This document shows positions 50,014 to 63,189 of a stretch of DNA of 64,000 nt, piece by piece. The translations under genes and the position numbers were made by a program. Origin of the DNA: Ostrea edulis (lineage: Eukaryota); contig NC_079164.1 in assembly GCF_947568905.1 (NCBI RefSeq), positions 21,762,001-21,826,000 of the forward strand, given 5' to 3'. Each line of letters starts with the position of its first letter. Positions within the stretch are counted from its first letter, which is position 1. Below the pieces are notes generated by a model, which did no database searches, was not told the origin of the DNA, and saw only the letters and a program-made list of their open reading frames with translations.

Positions 50014-53000
50014 GGTGCAAAACATGTTTAGATGTATCCCCTGCAGTACCTGGTAGCAGCCAAAATGTATTGATGGTGTACAAGGTGTGAAGGCAGTGGT
50101 GTTATATATGACTTAATTGATTTCTGTTTGTAGTATGATGGTCAGGGATACAGTGAACAGCAGCTGATGGGGAGCAGCCAGACGCAAGGGTAAGTCCAAA
50201 TTTACTCCTTTATTTAATGGACTCTGCTGGTCAAGTTAGGAGGGATGGATTCAAAAGCAGATAATGGAAATGTCCGTGGTTGACAACCTTTGGTTAAGTG
50301 ATCTAGCAATGTTTGCATCATGCATGATGTGTTGTGGTGTTATGTAATGGAAAATTAGAAAGAAATCGTTACTGACTTCTGCAGGTTCTATTTTAAGCAA
50401 AATCTAAGATCCTATATTTGCTTGTTATTTAGATATTTAAATAATTTAGGCCAGTATTGTAAAGTACAAATGTAAAGTATATAAATCCATGTATCTGATT
50501 ATTCCAAGTAACAGTATTGATGTACTTAAGCAAGATCAGCAATATTGGATGTAGAAATGGCTCTTTTATGTTTCCCAAAACATTCATCAATATAGAGCAA
50601 TGTAAACATATGGAGACAAATTACTAAAAAAAAAAAAAAAAAAGAGATGTAATTCTCTGTTATAACTAGCTTCTGGTTATGACAGTGAGGAAAGTGAATC
50701 TGTACAATGATTGGATGTAATGAGCTTTTGTTTTTATTATCACCCAATAATGAAGGAACGTGGAATATGAGCTAAAGGTTGTTAGATGTGGAGGTGTATG
50801 TTGCATTATGGGTATACTGCATACAAAACTGTTAATCACATGTATGTCATGTTATTACGATGGATAGACATGCAAGTGATTTTTCAGTAATATTTGAATC
50901 ATTGTTATAAGCATGAAGGACTGTTTTCACCGAATCTTAAGACATAAGATGCTAAATTTAGAATTTTGAATACCAGAGTATGGGAACAGAGGACAACAGA
51001 ATGTAAGTAATGTGAATGAGTGTGTTTTCAGGGTGAATTTAGTCTTGTTTTTTCAGTTCATCAGAAACTGCAGAGATACCATACAGTGTCTGACATTGCA
51101 AAGAAATATGAAGGCCTATAAGAATTGAACATGTTCAACATTTACAGTCTTAGATTCACAGAAAAAAAAAGTTTTTTGAGCACTGGTCATTTGAGCCTTG
51201 TTTGGCAGAATATTTTTTGAGACAGCAGAAATGTTTACTAGTTCAGAGCAAATGCAAAGAATTTGATGGAACTTGTGTTCCAGCTTTAAGTCAAATTTCT
51301 TTTATGATTAAGTAATACAAATTTTCTCTCTGTTATTTACTCCAGTCATAATCATCGTTACATTTCAACCCTAGGATTAATCATTTTCACTTGAAGTTAA
51401 TTATACTGAGAAGTGATGGCCTCACGGATTTAGAGCCAGATTCCAAATCAACGGGACTGTTCTTAATATAGAAAATTGCAGTTACAGAAATAATTATGTG
51501 AAAAAGTTTGATTTAGTGCTCCTTCTGAACCTACATTTGTAAGAAGAAAGATTTGCAGAACTTATTGGCACATTGATATAGTGAATGGCATTTATAAGTC
51601 TACAGCAGGATCAAAATATGATTGATTGATTGAATATTGTTTAACGTCCCTCTCAAGAATATTTCACTCAGGGCTGCAAAATTTAGGCCTATGCTCGGTG
51701 CTTATGGACCCACAGGATCAGAATAAAATAAACTCATTGGAACATAGAATTTTGTAGTGTATTCCTATATAAATAGATCGTAGCTCTTAAAACTAAAATA
51801 TTCATTGCAATTGCATATTTATTATTGATTAATGGGAAAGAATTTTAACCAGCAAGAATAGCAGGGGTATGAGAAATTGCTTGTTACAACTTAGATAGGT
51901 TCATAAGATCTAATTTGATGTAATTTTTAGCTCATTAACAACTGTATTCTTAATTCTGCTTGAATTTCATATATGCCTGTATGAAGACATTATAAAATGT
52001 TAAATTGTAAACCAACTTTTACTCGCAACAACTTTATTTTGTGATTTACTAGTGATGAACTGGTTTGCAGCTAGTGACAAATTTTAACGACCAATATAAT
52101 CTTAAAATGACAAGAAACGTTAAATATCTAGTTCGCAGCAAGAAATATTCGTGATTAAGAGGTTCTCACGAACCTTGCGAAAATTTCTTGTACGCGAATA
52201 AAAATTGGTTTACAGTATACGATTGTAGGAATGAAAAATTTCAAGAATGTGCATATAATATCTTTATATGTACCATGGTAATATTAGATTTTTTCTGTGA
52301 GAATAATTGATTATATCTTGTATGATACCGTAGAGATGTTAATGGCAGGCTTTGATGATTAGTTTCAAAATCTGTGACAATTTCACGCATTGTTTCTTGC
52401 TGTCAACTGATCTAATTGTTCAGGAATATTTTTGCATGCTTGGTGATGGTTCGTTCACTTTTACTAACACATTTTTATTTCCAGCCATCCACTGGTGGGG
52501 GCATCTGCAATCTCTGATCAGAGTGGATGGTCAGGAGAGACTGTCGTATCCTCCAAATCTGCCAAGGATCCACGGTATAAACACCAATCCTCAAAATTTG
52601 AATCCATAAAAATATTAGAGATGCAAACAACAATATCATAAATGTAAACAAAAATATTATGGATTTGAAAACATCATGAATATAAATAACAATATTGTAA
52701 ATGTAAACAACAATAGTGTAAGTGTAAACAACAAGATTTTAAATGTAAACAACAATATTATAAATATATGAATAACAATATTGTAAATGTAAACAACACC
52801 ATCCTAAATATAAACAACAATATTATAAATGTAAACAACAATATTGTAAATGTAAACAACAAGATTTTAAATGTAAGCAACAATATTGTATATTTAAACA
52901 ATGTTATTAATGTAAACAAGATTATAAATGTAAACAGCAATATTGTAAATGTAAACAACAATATTATAGATGTAAGCAATAATATCATAAATGTAAACAA

Positions 53001-55389
53001 CAATATGGTGGATGTATACAGCATTATAAAAGATGTAAACAACAAGATTGAAAATGTAAACAGCAATATTATAAATGTAAACAGCAATATCATAAATGTA
53101 AACAACAATATTATAGAGGTAAACAATATTATAGGTGTAAACACTTAATATGACTGTCATAAATAATCCAAGGTATCTCAATTAGTGGCATAAATGTAAA
53201 TATATATAAGATCCATGTAATTATTTTTATTATAGGACTAGGTCACTGGCACTTATACTCTTATATATAGTAATTAGGCCCCAAGCAATATAAGTGCCTG
53301 TGGACTAGATATACTGCAATTTCTTTGGCTTTGATTTATTTGGATACATTCTTTTACTAGCATGAGAGCAGTCTAAATGCATTGTTTGTATGTTTGGATA
53401 ATAGATTACCTATATGTGCTTGCATTGAATTTCTGACTTGCATCATGACGTCAACCTTATTATTCATTGTCATGTCAACATCATTATCATTAATATTTAG
53501 AACTGTGATGCTACGCAAATGGAAAATTTTTAGATTTTTAGTGTTTTTTAAAAAAAAAATTGACGAAAAATATATAGGAAATTAAGAAATGTAAATATTG
53601 CCATATGATAAATCAATCATTGCTTTTTTGTTTTATTGATTATTAATTAATAGTTTAAAATTTTCAATCTGAAAACATAATATTAACTAAGGAGAACATG
53701 CATACACCAGCTCCATGGAATAAACATATGACAACCAGTGGCAATAATTGTAAACAAAAATAAAATATTTAGTCATTATCTAGTGTAATGAGCTAGGCTA
53801 CACCACTGAAAGATCCCTAGAACCACCACAGAGTGGTATACATTACCTGGCTCAGTAGCAATTTATCCCTAGAACCATCACAGAGTGGTATACACTACCT
53901 GCCTCAGTAGCAATTTATCCCTAGAACCATCACAGAGTGGTATACATTACCTGGCTCAGTAGCAGAGGGCTTTCTCGACATCTGGAAGAGCCAGCTCGCG
54001 CAGCTAGTCAATCTTGACTAGTAGCATCGTCTCATTCGCTAATTACTCCAAAGGAGGTCTGCGAATTATTCAATAGAACTAGAGCTACCTTAAAAAGATT
54101 CAAGTTTGCTGATACCGTATATAGTCTAAATGCATAATTAGGAATAGCAGAAAATGATGTACAAAAATGATGAATTTCGGGGTTTGACTCTAGGATGGGT
54201 TCAAATTACCTAGTCATATCATTTATAGTTGATACATACAGAATGTATATCATCTGATGTAAAGCCTTTCATCAGTGTATGCACTTTTGAGGGCATTGAA
54301 GTTTTAAAAACATATATTGCTTTATACTGTCACTGGATATTAGAATTTAGCTTAGATATTCAGAACATGTAGGAATTTTTTTTCTAGATTTCATAGCCCT
54401 TGAGACTAGTGATACTTTTTAAAAGTAGTACTCAGGAGACCGTTAAGGCTTGTGGGCCTCTTGTTTAGAATTAAAATTGAATTTGGTAAAATACATCGGC
54501 TTGACCTGTACTTATTATTTTACATGCACGAGGTACAAATGGCGTCCGATAATAGTTAGACAGTTGTTAACCTCGAGTCTGACAATAACAATAATGAACT
54601 TAATCTGTTTAAACTACAGAGCCAACAGGCATCTTACCGTTCGGCAGTCATCTTACCGTTCAGCAGTTTGGAAACAGTTTGCTTTTAAGATTGTGACTAT
54701 GAATCTTCTTGATTAAATTTTTCTTCGATGTTATTATTTTTTCTTCTTCTGTAAAATGTATCGTATTGGAAATATTAAATTGTGGCATAAGTATTGCAAT
54801 ACGTATTGTATCGTGAAGGGGGAGTATTGTTTCAGCTTTATAACAACTGCTTATCATATCACTCCATTACTGGATTACTGGTATATTCTAATATGTTGAC
54901 GGTGCTACCATTAGGACAAACTAAGCTACCGATAAATGAGCATATCCAGAATTTTTTTTTTTTTTTTTTTTGGTCTTTGCAAATTCACTTGTGTTTCCGT
55001 AACCTTGCATTGATTTGGTATAATAAATAATTTATTGCATAAATGATTGGAAAATATGAAGATCTATTCACCCAAGAAAAATCATATTGCCCTCCCTCAG
55101 GGAATATATGATTTTTCTTGGGTGAATATATCTTTATATTTCCTTCATTATCATATGGAATAATTATATAATATATGATAAACAATCGGTGACATCAATG
55201 GAACCATACTTAATAGTCCCGGTCAGTATCATTACTAATCCACATATTGATATATATATATTTTTTAAACACACACTTATAATCTACTCTGTAACTCTCA
55301 GTTTCATAATGACTAACCTAGTATAGTTATACTGTGTAATCGTTGCTGATAATACGTGTAACATTAAAGCCTACTGTGACATTATAGTT

Positions 55390-55425
<36 letters not shown>

Positions 55426-58400
55426 TCGTGGTCATTATTCTGCCATATACCTTCCTGCGTAATAACGGATTATGAAAAAATTGATACACATCTCACTTGG
55501 TTTCGTGCTTTGTTAATAACACAATAAAGTCAATAACTGATAATTCCATTTTATACTCATACAAAATAATCAATACCATACAAGTGGAATTTTTAGCGAG
55601 ACACTTTAGCGATTTTTCAATAAAAATAATCATGCATATTTAGCGAGATCTAATTTTAGTGACTATAATTCCAGGAAAGATAACTATTACCGCCAATATG
55701 GAATAAATTGTTAGCGATATTCAATTTTAGCGACCTCATCACTTTCGCTAATAATGTCAAAATTAAATCTTCGCTTAAAATTCTGCATGTAAGGTACATT
55801 ATGTATCTGTTGTAAAACAGATGTATAAACGACGAAGAATATTTGTCATTCAATGTAAATTAATTGTCTACATTCAGAGATCGATACATCATCAGGCGAT
55901 GCGAAGACAAGTTAACCTTTTTCCATTTATGTGTATATAGTTTTCTTGGACTGTGCATTCAAAGCAGTTGAACCGGCCATGGTAGGTCAGTGGTATAGAG
56001 CCGGGAGGTCGTGAGTTCGAGCCCCGCTCGTGTCATGGCCGCGTCAAACCTAAGACGTTAAAATGGATAGTGATTGCTCCTTTACCAAACACTCGGCATT
56101 TACATGTAGAAAAGAGAATCACGGGTCTTTGGATATGACCTTAAAAACGGAGGTCCCATGTCGCGGCAGGCATTGGCAGGATAAAAAAAACCCTCACTGC
56201 TACGGCCCTGAACACTAAGCATAGGTCTAAATTTGTGGCGCTTCACCTACAGCTGGTGATGTCTCAATTTCTCAGCAGAACGCAAAAAAAAAATCAATCA
56301 AAGCAGTTGATATGATCTCTCAACATCAAACTAATTACTTGAAATGCTTTTCAAAATATATCTCACCTTTTTCGTCAACAAAAAACATGAAGCCTATTTC
56401 TGAGTCGTAGTAGAATAGAAATAAAGTTTTTATCTTCGTGTATGTTGCAGGATAATCTCCTCGGTCTCAAAATGGTGTTTTGAAATATAAAAGCGTCGGC
56501 TTTTATATTTCAAATCAACATTTCTCTACCTCAGAGGTTATTCTGCAATAATACACGAAAACAATAACTTTATTTCTTAATCAAGTTTTATAAACCACCA
56601 TTAGTCGCAGACTCTTGGTGGTTAAAGGTGCATGCATGTATATGATATACCGTTTTTTATGATTTAAGTAAAATAGAAGTTTATATGTCTAGATGACTTG
56701 ACTTCACTGGTTCCTGCATCAGTTTTATTTCTCCATCCTAGAGAGGCTACATATAGCTGCAGAGACTGTTGATGGTGTGACCCATTAATGTCAGGGTCTG
56801 AATGCACTTTTTAAAATAGTTCTCTATACCAATGATATGTGATGCAAACAATGGTCTATATCATATGTTTATGTAACTATTCTTTGCTTAAACCAGGAAC
56901 CAAAAATATTGATTCCTGTGTCAATAGTGACCAAAAAATGCAACTACGTACCAATTCTAATGTATTATTTACATAGTTTTGAATGTTATATGTAAAGCCT
57001 ATGATGCGCAGCAAAGAAAATGTTTGTAGAAGAGGTCAATTATGTAACTTACTTCTTTGTTCTGTTCATATTCATAGTATGGCCATTACTGGACGTAAAC
57101 TTCCATGCTAACTGATGTAAACTTCCATGCTAACTGATGTAAACTTCCATGCTAACTGATGTAAACGTCCATGCTTGCTTAGAATGTCGAGTGTAGGCTA
57201 TATTTACCAAGTACTTTGACCAGATTTCAGTTTTTAGAGATGGTCACAGTTTCTGGACCTTGTCGTATTTTGTTCTGCATGCTTCATTAGTCTTCATGTT
57301 GTGAAAGTGAAAGTCACGTGATGTTAGTGCACTGTACTGAACATGGTTTTCTTATGTCAAAAATTAAACTGTTCAAAGGTGTTTTTGTTTTACCAGTACT
57401 GTTATAGTCAATTGTTTTGAAAGCTCCGGTGAGCTTTTTTGATCGACGTTTCTCTGTCTGTCCGTACATCACCTGTTCAAATTTCACATTTTAACTTCTT
57501 TTCAAGAACCATTTTGGCCAATTTCATCCAGCCTTGGCCCAAATTATTCTTGGGTAAAGAGGATTCAGGTTTGTTCAAATGATGCATTGACACCTTATAA
57601 GGAGAGACAATGAAGAAATACTAAAATGAGGTTGGGTTTTGAAAAATCTTCTCAAGAACCTCTGGATCTGAAATTAAGTCGTAACATTTATAGAATCTTC
57701 CTTATATAGTGAAGATTTAAGGTCGTCAAGCAATGTCTTTATCCTTGGATGGATCGATTGATTATTTTACGTTCCATCGAGAATTTTTCACTCGTATTGA
57801 GACGTCACTAGCTGTATGTGAAGTACCACAAATTGAGACCTCTGCTTAGCGCTCAGGGCCGTAGCAGTGAGGGTTCTTTATCGTGCCATGCCTGCCGCGT
57901 CATGGGACCTCCGTTTTTAAGGTAATATCAGAAAAACTCGTGATTCTCACTTCTAAATGCCGAGCGTTTGGCGAAGAAGCAATCACTATCTATTTTAACA
58001 TCTTAGGTTTGACGCAGTCATGGCACGAGCGGAGCTCAAACTTATGACCTCCCTGTTACGGAGCGAACGCTCTACTACTGAGCTACCACGACGGGTGTTT
58101 ATCCTTGGAGCCAGGACTGGGCTACGATGGGGTGTAAAACTTTACATAGGAAGATGTTTAAGGGAGAAATTTTCTCAAGAATTACAATAAGGATGTGCAA
58201 ATATCTTCCTGTAGAGTAAATTCAATTCTTAAAGAGGATGAACACATTGTCACAATTGTTCAAACTGAGTTATATACATGTATGCCATTGTGGCAAAAGA
58301 TAGATCAGAAATATATTCTTTGTCCTTTGAAAATTCATATTCTGCTTCAGCTTAGCTCAATGGATTAGGATGATAGCTATAGCTCAGCATCTCTAGATCA

Positions 58401-61400
58401 TGTGTTTGGGTCGCACAGGGGTTTTCATCTTAATTACACTAAAATTATAATTGTATGCTACATCAGACAAAATTTTAAAGTCCCAAAACAACTCATTATT
58501 ATACAGATCCTATAGCTTTCAGTCATGACAGTTTTTATCGGTGTCATGTACCCCCTATAAAAGAAACATCTTCTCAACCACAGGATTATTGATTGATTAA
58601 TTGTATATTGTTTGACATCCCTCTCAAGAATTTTTCACTCATATGGAGATGTCACCATTGCCAGTGAAGAGCTGCAAAATTTAGGTCTATGCTTAGCGCT
58701 TATGGCCTTTGAGCAAGGGGGGATCTTTATCGTGCCACACCTGCTGTGACACGGGACCTCGGTTTTTTGTGGTCTCATTCGAAGGGTCATCCCATTTAGT
58801 CACCTCTTATGACAAGCAAGGGGTACTAAGGAACTATTCTAACCTGGATCACCACGAGAAACCACAGGAAAATGATGTTCAAATCATCCAATTTATGTAT
58901 TTATATTTTTTATCCATGAGTCGGTGATACCTTTGGTTATATAGATCTTGTTACTATTTTTGTACAGTCCATTTATTGAACAAACTCTGATTGCTATAGA
59001 TTAAAATTAGCACATATGAATGGTTTATTGATGACATGAAAATCACTAGTATGATATTTTTGTTTGTTTCTTTTTTAGATGGTGGAGACATCCAAAAATC
59101 AAAGAGAACTACAGGACAGTGTGTGGAGCTGTTTCATTGACCGTTGTGGGAACAGGTGGGTTCTATTCATTCATTAGATAGTGGGGCCCATTTTACAAAA
59201 CAACTTATGACTAAAGTTGCAAGTCTTAAATTTTATTACACTTTTATTACTTTGAGTGAATGAAGTAAAACTTTTTGAGGCTTAATTTTCAACAATTTTA
59301 AAAAAAAAAGCATTTGGAGTGAATGATCTTACAATAAACAGGAAAATTCCAGTATGTAAAGTTGGTCGTTAAGTCGTAAGTTCTTTTGTAAAGCGTGCCC
59401 CAGGTTACTAGATGTAACAGATAAAGTAAATGTTTCTTATGAATTCATAAGTACAATGCCTTTTTTATTTTTTCTATGTTCAGCATTGTTCTTGGTTGGC
59501 ATTGGGATAGTGGCTTCACCAGATCGAGGTAAGCTGTTCACACTCAGCCTGTCTTAACTTGTACATATACAGTAAAACTCTCTTATGATGAACATATCTA
59601 TAAAAAAGAACTTGTGCTTATAACGAGCACACTTATAAGGAATCCATGCTTATTGCAAAGTGATATTTAGTCCTCTACAAGAGGAACATTTTTTTTTAAA
59701 AATGTTTTTGGATGTAACGAAGTTTGGTTATAATGAACTGTTTTTCGCTGGCCCGGGAGGTTTGCTATAACTGTATTTTACTGTTAGTATTATTAAGAAT
59801 AATAATAAGAGCAGTTGGATTTTAAAGTCCCAAACTGAACAAAGAGAAAGGAGACCTACTGCTTGATTGCACATTATTGCAGACTGGAGCATCGGTCTAC
59901 ATTAACTCTTCACTGAGCATCAGACTCGGTGGTCGGAAAATATCGAGACTTTTGTATGTTAGACGGCTAATTATACCATTAGTGAAATTAATTTTGATAC
60001 AATTCTTTAATTTATTTTAGCATTTTAAGAATCCTTACAAGTACTAGTCTCACAATCTGTGCCTTTTGTCCTTATTGTAGGATATTTGCATTATTTTATC
60101 AACAAATTCAATTTTAGTTTGCTTTATTTTACTAAAGCATCAATGGAATTTCTGTAATTACACATGCATAATAATAAAATCCCTTATTCGACATTGTGTA
60201 AATTTTATATATACTGACTATCAGGCTGTCCTTGACATTGTGTAAATTATATATACTAACAATATTGGACTGTCCTTGACATTGTGTGAATTTGATATGT
60301 ATTGACATTGAGACTGTCCTTGACATTTTATGAATTTTATATGTACTGAAAATGAGACTGTCCTTGACATTGTGTGAATTTTATATGTATTGACATTTAG
60401 ACTCTCCTTGACATTGTGTGAATTTTATATATACTAACAATATTGGACAGTCCTTGACATTGTGTGAATTTTTTATATACTGACAACAAGACTGTCCTTA
60501 ACATTGTGTGAATTTTATATGTATTGACATTGAGACTGTCCTTGACATTGTGTGAATTTTATATATACTGACAATGAGATTGTCCTAGACATTGTGTGAA
60601 TTTTTTATATACTGACAATGAGACTGTCCTTGACATTGTGTGAATTTTATATGTATTGACATTGATACTGTCCTTGACATTGTGTGAATTTTATATATAC
60701 TGACATTGAGACTGTCCTTGACATTGTGTGAATTATATATGTATTGACATTGAGACTGTCCTTGTCATTGTGTGAATTTTATATATACTGACATTGAGAC
60801 TGTCCTTGACATTGTGTGAATTTTCTATATACTGACAATGAGACTGTCCTTGACATTGTGTGAATTTTATATGTATTGACATTGAGACTGTCCTTGACAT
60901 TGTGTGAATTTTATATATACTGACATTGAGACTGTCCTTGACATTGTGTGAATTTTTTATATACTGACAATGAGACTGTCCTTGACATTGTGTGAATTTT
61001 ATATGTATTGACATTGATACTGTCCTTGACATTGTGTGAATTTTATATATACTGACATTGAGACTGTCCTTGACATTGTGTGAATAATATATGTATTGAC
61101 ATTGAGACTGTCCTTGTCATTGTGTGAATTTTATATATACTGACATTGAGACTGTCCTTGACATTGTGTGAATTTTCTATATACTGACAATGAGACTGTC
61201 CTTGACATTGTGTGAATTTTATATGTATTGACATTGAGACTGTCCTTGACATTGTGTGAATTTTTTATGTATTGACATTGAGACTGTCCTTGACATTAAG
61301 TGAATTTTATATGTATTGACATTGAGACTGTCCTTGACATTGTGTGAATTTTTTATGTATTGACATTGAGACTGTACTTGACATTGTGTGAATTTTATAT

Positions 61401-61815
61401 GTATTGACATTGAGACTGTCCTTGACATTGAGTTAATTTTATATATACTGAAAATGATACTCTTTTTCCTCTGTCAGGTCTGCACTGCTTGGTGTTCTTT
61501 ATTGGGGGAGCACTGTGTCTTATTCCAGGAGGTAGGCCACCAGTTTCTGCATTTTATATTTCTATTGTATTTTAGACAGAAATATGTATTAAAAAACATC
61601 ATGAGTATTTGTCTCATAACAGGCTTGACTGAAAATTTCTCCTTGTTTGATTGAATACGAATTTAAGGATGCATTTTATTGTGATTCGTTAGGATGAAAA
61701 ATGGTCACATGTTTTGTAATTTTCCTTTTCAGTGTACCACGTGGTGTATATTGTTCTAGCAATAAATGGGGTCGGTGGATATAATTTATATAACCTTCCA
61801 GTGTTCAACACATAA
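46434..61815 (+). CDS. TMEM134: Transmembrane protein 134, 196 aa, 8 coding exons
   Basis: Exons 46434-46592, 50134-50190, 50977-51002 (least certain), 52485-52574, 59079-59155, 59484-59528, 61478-61531, 61733-61815; 591 nt, phase-consistent. FNIEDAFE, WWRHPKIKENYRTV, FFIGGALCLIPGVYHVVYI...LPVF match human FSIDDAFE, WTQHPLIQKNRRVV, FFVPGFLLLVPGVYHVIFI...LPYF. Confidence 0.92.
51990..52216. mobile_element. Tc1/mariner-type MITE
   Basis: Termini tgtaaaccaactttt / aaaattggtttacagta. Confidence 0.55.
52610..53146. repeat. 21-bp AT-rich minisatellite in TMEM134 intron 4
   Basis: Unit taaatgtaaacaacaatat(t/c)(a/g), roughly 25 degenerate copies. Confidence 0.9.
53813..53963. repeat. 52-bp tandem repeat, about 3 copies
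   Basis: atccctagaacc starts at 53813, 53865 and 53917. Confidence 0.9.
55043..55152. repeat. Palindromic hairpin element; similar hairpins at 44365-44445 and 56410-56580
   Basis: tattcacccaagaaaaatcatat ... atatgatttttcttgggtgaata inverted arms. Confidence 0.75.
55972..56297 (+). mobile_element. tRNA-headed SINE family B
   Basis: 13-bp TSD tcaaagcagttga at 55959-71 and 56298-310. Confidence 0.9.
57096..57172. repeat. 22-bp tandem repeat, about 3.5 copies
   Basis: Unit gtaaacttccatgctaactgat. Confidence 0.85.
57750..58097 (-). mobile_element. tRNA-headed SINE family B
   Basis: 12-bp TSD tttatccttgga at 57738-49 and 58098-109; A and B boxes on the minus strand. Confidence 0.9.
58586..58859 (-). 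mobile_element. SINE family A, full length
   Basis: 10-bp TSD aaccacagga at 58576-85 and 58860-69. Confidence 0.88.
59184..59402. mobile_element. MITE (PIF/Harbinger-like termini); a second MITE at about 59572-59785
   Basis: ggggccattttacaaaacaacttatgac / gtcgtaagttcttttgtaaagcgtgcccc; second element cagtaaaactc / tattttactg. Confidence 0.6.
60186..61455. repeat. 44-bp minisatellite, about 29 copies, with an internal 352-bp higher-order duplication
   Basis: Unit tccttgacattgtgtgaattttatatatactgacattgagactg. Diagnostic variants recur at +352 (attgatac 60661/61013; cttgtcattg 60761/61113; ttttctatat 60821/61173). Confidence 0.95.
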
Positions 61816-62603
61816 CAAATACTTGACAGACCTGTATACATTGTCATATATATGTGGAGAAGTTGCAGTACCAAGAAAATTTCTGTAGTAATAGATATGG
61901 TATGGAAGATGAAGAATTGTATGTTATTTAAAAGCCCATTCTTTTCACCATGACCTGGATATCTGTGTTCAGTTTACTTTGCATTGTTATTTATTTTTGC
62001 TCAGTATGAAAAAGGTTGTTATCATTTCCCTGATATTTAGTTATTTTTACTCTATCATTGTAATATTTATTGTTTATTGTTTATTTTTTTTTTTGATTTT
62101 TTTTTTTGGTCATAGTTATTGATATTTTATACATTATATATATAAATTAGTGAGAAATCGTGTGTGCTGGAGTATGGTGTTCAGTTAATATGCAATTTTG
62201 GTATATCTGTTTCTATAACTCTATCAAATCACCAATGATATGATTGTGTTTAACATACAGACACCCAGTTTTATTTTTCATGCCATTTTGCAGCTATTGC
62301 GCACATTGATATTAATTTCAGTACATTTTTTGTGACAATTTTATTCATATTTTGCCATATGCATTACAAATGTTTGAAACACATTAATGTTAGGTGTGAT
62401 GTATGAATTATTCGTTTTCCTCTAATGACAAATAAACTACTGTTTTAGAAAAATATCCATTGAAGGGTAATTTTTCTTGTACATTCAGATCTAGATATAC
62501 ATTGTGGTATGCTAAAAACGGTAAATTTGATGCTGCAAAACATCTCCGAAAGTTAAGCTAAGAGAGAGAGAGAGAGAGTCAAATGTAAATGTATACACTA
62601 TCC

Positions 62604-62634
<31 letters not shown>

Positions 62635-62952
62635 TCAAATGTAAATGTATACTATCCAAGAGAGAGAGAGAGTCAAATGTAAATGTATACTGTCCAAAAT
62701 ATCTTTGGTTCATTGCTTAATTATGAAATCATATCTTTTATTAGAATTAAATACACATGCTCTTGATTGTCATAATGGGCATAATAGTTAATTTGCATCT
62801 TCATTCAGTTTTACAAAGGTTGTGCAATTTATTCAAATTCCTGAGTTGTTTGACGAACTTGTTAAGATTATATATATATATATATATTATAGCACATAAA
62901 TAGCAATGAACTCTTAAATGAACATAACTGCCCTAAGTGAAGAAGTATTTAA

Positions 62953-63189
62953 TATAAAGCACAGAAAATTTCACTTTATATCCATTCTCAATGACCGTGT
63001 AGCGTGTGACAGCGTGGCGAGAATGCCATCGTCATCGAAAGCAAGTTTCTTGATTTACCTAGATGGTCGAGTGGTCTAGCGCGCTGGTTAAATGCAGCTA
63101 GGAGATTTGGTTCCGCAGGTAGTGAGTTCAACCCCGGGTAAGGGTCGGAAGTGGGTATCCAAATAAAGTGAAATTTTCTGTGCTTTATA
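62953..63189. mobile_element. MITE-like element with 27-bp perfect TIRs enclosing a tRNA-like cassette
   Basis: tataaagcacagaaaatttcactttat (62953-79) versus ataaagtgaaattttctgtgctttata (63163-89). Inside lies a Leu/Ser-tRNA-like segment tggtcgagtggtctag...gagttcaacccc. Confidence 0.7.

Noticed and set aside
52758-53181. Asn-rich and hydrophobic ORFs on both strands
   Set aside because: These are translations of a 21-bp intronic minisatellite with no splice or start context.
60186-61455. Possible CRISPR array, or ORFs MSRTVSMSIH...
   Set aside because: Units are contiguous with no unique spacers, the context is a eukaryotic intron and there are no cas genes; the ORFs are repeat artefacts.
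63045-63145. Functional tRNA-Leu/Ser gene
   Set aside because: Anticodon arm and T arm are degenerate and it lies inside TIRs; kept only as tRNA-like. The same applies to 24905-24978 and the SINE heads.
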